From Nitrososphaeraceae archaeon (GTDB taxonomy: Archaea; Thermoproteota; Nitrososphaeria; Nitrososphaerales; Nitrososphaeraceae): 64,000 bases of DNA. The stretch is from assembly GCA_044870765.1 (NCBI GenBank), contig JBIOZG010000012.1, positions 96,001 through 160,000 of the forward strand, written 5' to 3'. Both the position numbers and the translations under genes were made by a program. Under the pieces are notes generated by a model. That model saw nothing but the letters and a program-made list of their open reading frames with translations. It ran no database searches and was not told the DNA's origin. Of the stretch, positions 62,279 through 64,000 are shown piece after piece; position 1 is the stretch's first letter; every line of letters starts with the position of its first letter.

Positions 62279-62551
62279 TTAATGCATCTTTTTACAAGAT
62301 GCTGAAATGTCATTTTCTTTAGCATTCTTTTCGCATTTTTCCTCATCTACACTACAAATTTTGACCTTAATTCCGTCCTTACCTTCACCGTTTGCACAGT
62401 ACGAAAGCTCCGAGGAATCAGCATGAACCAATATAATATTCAATTGCATAATTGTTAACAGAATTAGCGTTGAGACGATAACAATACTTGGAATGCTAGC
62501 CATCGTTAGTATGTAATAGCTGCAATATTTAAGCCAAACTCTGCCGGACAT
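62279..62551 (-). CDS. Small secreted Cys-rich protein
   Basis: Signal peptide from internal Met (MASIPS...VHA), four Cys in the mature part. Confidence 0.55.
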   Translation of the reverse strand: MSGRVWLKYCSYYILTMASIPSIVIVSTLILLTIMQLNIILVHADSSELSYCANGEGKDGIKVKICSVDEEKCEKNAKENDISASCKKMH

Positions 62552-63358
62552 GTCTCGTTTTATTATCCCCGCCAGATAGTCCTAATTGAAAATCGCATAT
62601 CCCCGTAAAAACTAGCAACTGAACCAACATTCATAATTGTTTCAATTTATGTCTCAATTTATGTCTCAATTGTCCCTCATCGGTCTCTTAAGTAGAGATT
62701 CAGTTCTACAGTGAATCCCATTGCCTTCAGACACGAACCCTACATTTACTGCGGGCAAGCAAATGGTTACAGAATTTACGAACGGAATGTTGGGTATTCA
62801 CAGCAAGAGAGATTCCACACTTATCACCACTTCTCGCATATAGACTAATCCTATACATCGTTTTATTTTCATATATCCACATGAGAGATCCAATCGTAGA
62901 GTGGAAACAAAGGGGTTCCAATTTTTAGTAAGATTCTTACGCAAGAATCGTTCCTACCCTCTATTTTTTGTAATTATCAATTGAGGTTACTGTATCTTAA
63001 TTTAATGTTGAGTTCCGGAATTATCTAATATTTCTAATCAACGTGAACTATTGGTCGCATTGATGAGTACCCATATGTGCCTAATCTAGTAAGTGACCTC
63101 AGATAAAAATATGTTTAAACGCTGCGTCTATAAGCGGTTTGGCATGCATCAGAATCTTGTTATACTCGCTAGCACGTAGTTGACTCTTAAGACAATTCTA
63201 GTAATTGACTAGAGGAACGGATAAAAACTGCAATATGGTAATGATTCTATTCATTTAGACGTTGGCACTTTGAAACTTAGGGATATTATTCGCGTTGCCT
63301 AGTACAAGTGACTTAGTGATAAGATAAGATTTATTAAGTGTAGTTTTCTAGAATTCTT

Positions 63359-63757
63359 GTGCTTCGACTCTTTTCAGTTTTGTTTCTCGCAACTATTGCA
63401 GTAACAGCATTTTTATCAGCTCAGTTCTCCTTTGCGAAACAGGTCAAATGTGAGGATGGCTATGCTGAAATGAAATGGGATCCAAAAAATCATGATGTCA
63501 ATCATCAATCATCCAAAGAATTTGATTTATTGGCCTATCAGGGTTCTCTATGCGAACTTTCAAAGTGCATAGACCACGAGGAATGCACAAATCATGATGA
63601 AGTCAATTGGAATAAATTCCAGGATTCACCCGCATACAAATTGACCTCAGAGGATCAGCAGAAATGTTTGGATACTGCACATAAAAATGGTAACGGACAG
63701 GATGGTTTGGTTGGCTATGAAATCCTTGATTGCGGGTTAAATGAAGGTTACAATTAA
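63359..63757 (+). CDS. Secreted Cys-rich acidic protein
   Basis: Signal peptide ending FSFA, six Cys in the mature domain. Confidence 0.7.
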   Translation: MLRLFSVLFLATIAVTAFLSAQFSFAKQVKCEDGYAEMKWDPKNHDVNHQSSKEFDLLAYQGSLCELSKCIDHEECTNHDEVNWNKFQDSPAYKLTSEDQQKCLDTAHKNGNGQDGLVGYEILDCGLNEGYN

Positions 63758-64000
63758 TTTCAAATTACTTGTAATGCCACAACGGACCTCAATACTTAGA
63801 TCATAATTAAAGAACAGACTTTACGTGCAAGGTAAATCCTCCACGAAAATAGGACCCTATTTGGGTGTAACACATTCATCCAAACCGATAAAGTAAAAGA
63901 CGGTTAGTCAAAAATAAATGAGTTTAACTTGCAAAAGGAGTTTGATTTGCTTTCTCTTATTTGCTCCTTTCATGATGAATACTTGGTATCTTTAAGATAA

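Noticed and set aside
62727-62921. 64-aa minus-strand ORF
   Set aside because: No motif and atypical composition. It may be degraded sequence but cannot be assigned.

Overview
AT-rich archaeal chromosomal segment. Gene content (rpl13e, rps8e, rps17e, aIF5A, CDC48, aCPSF1, scpAB, purP, aroA'/aroB', mpgS, phaEC, half-size ctaA) points to Nitrososphaerota, most likely a soil Nitrososphaeraceae. Ammonia oxidation is inferred from lineage only, since no amoABC is in the window. Most of the window is core housekeeping genes plus one tRNA (CAT anticodon, probably elongator Met). Two accessory zones (about 30.7-40.4 kb and 60.7-64 kb) hold small orphan and secreted proteins. The first also has a truncated tyrosine integrase, a PolB2-operon-type small protein, DUF72, an orphan DNA methyltransferase and two families of dispersed GC-rich palindromic repeats. 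Best leads: (1) a polytopic membrane protein with two AmoC/PmoC-like D-x3-H-x12-H metal motifs; (2) a compact PHA locus with a haloarchaeal-type PhaR and a candidate depolymerase; (3) C-terminal PCNA-binding (PIP)-like boxes on DUF72 and an SPL-like radical SAM protein; (4) REP-like palindromes in the variable zone; (5) a SelD-like protein head-to-head with cysH-sat. No CRISPR array, rRNA or intact transposase was seen. All family calls come from motif recognition, not database searches.
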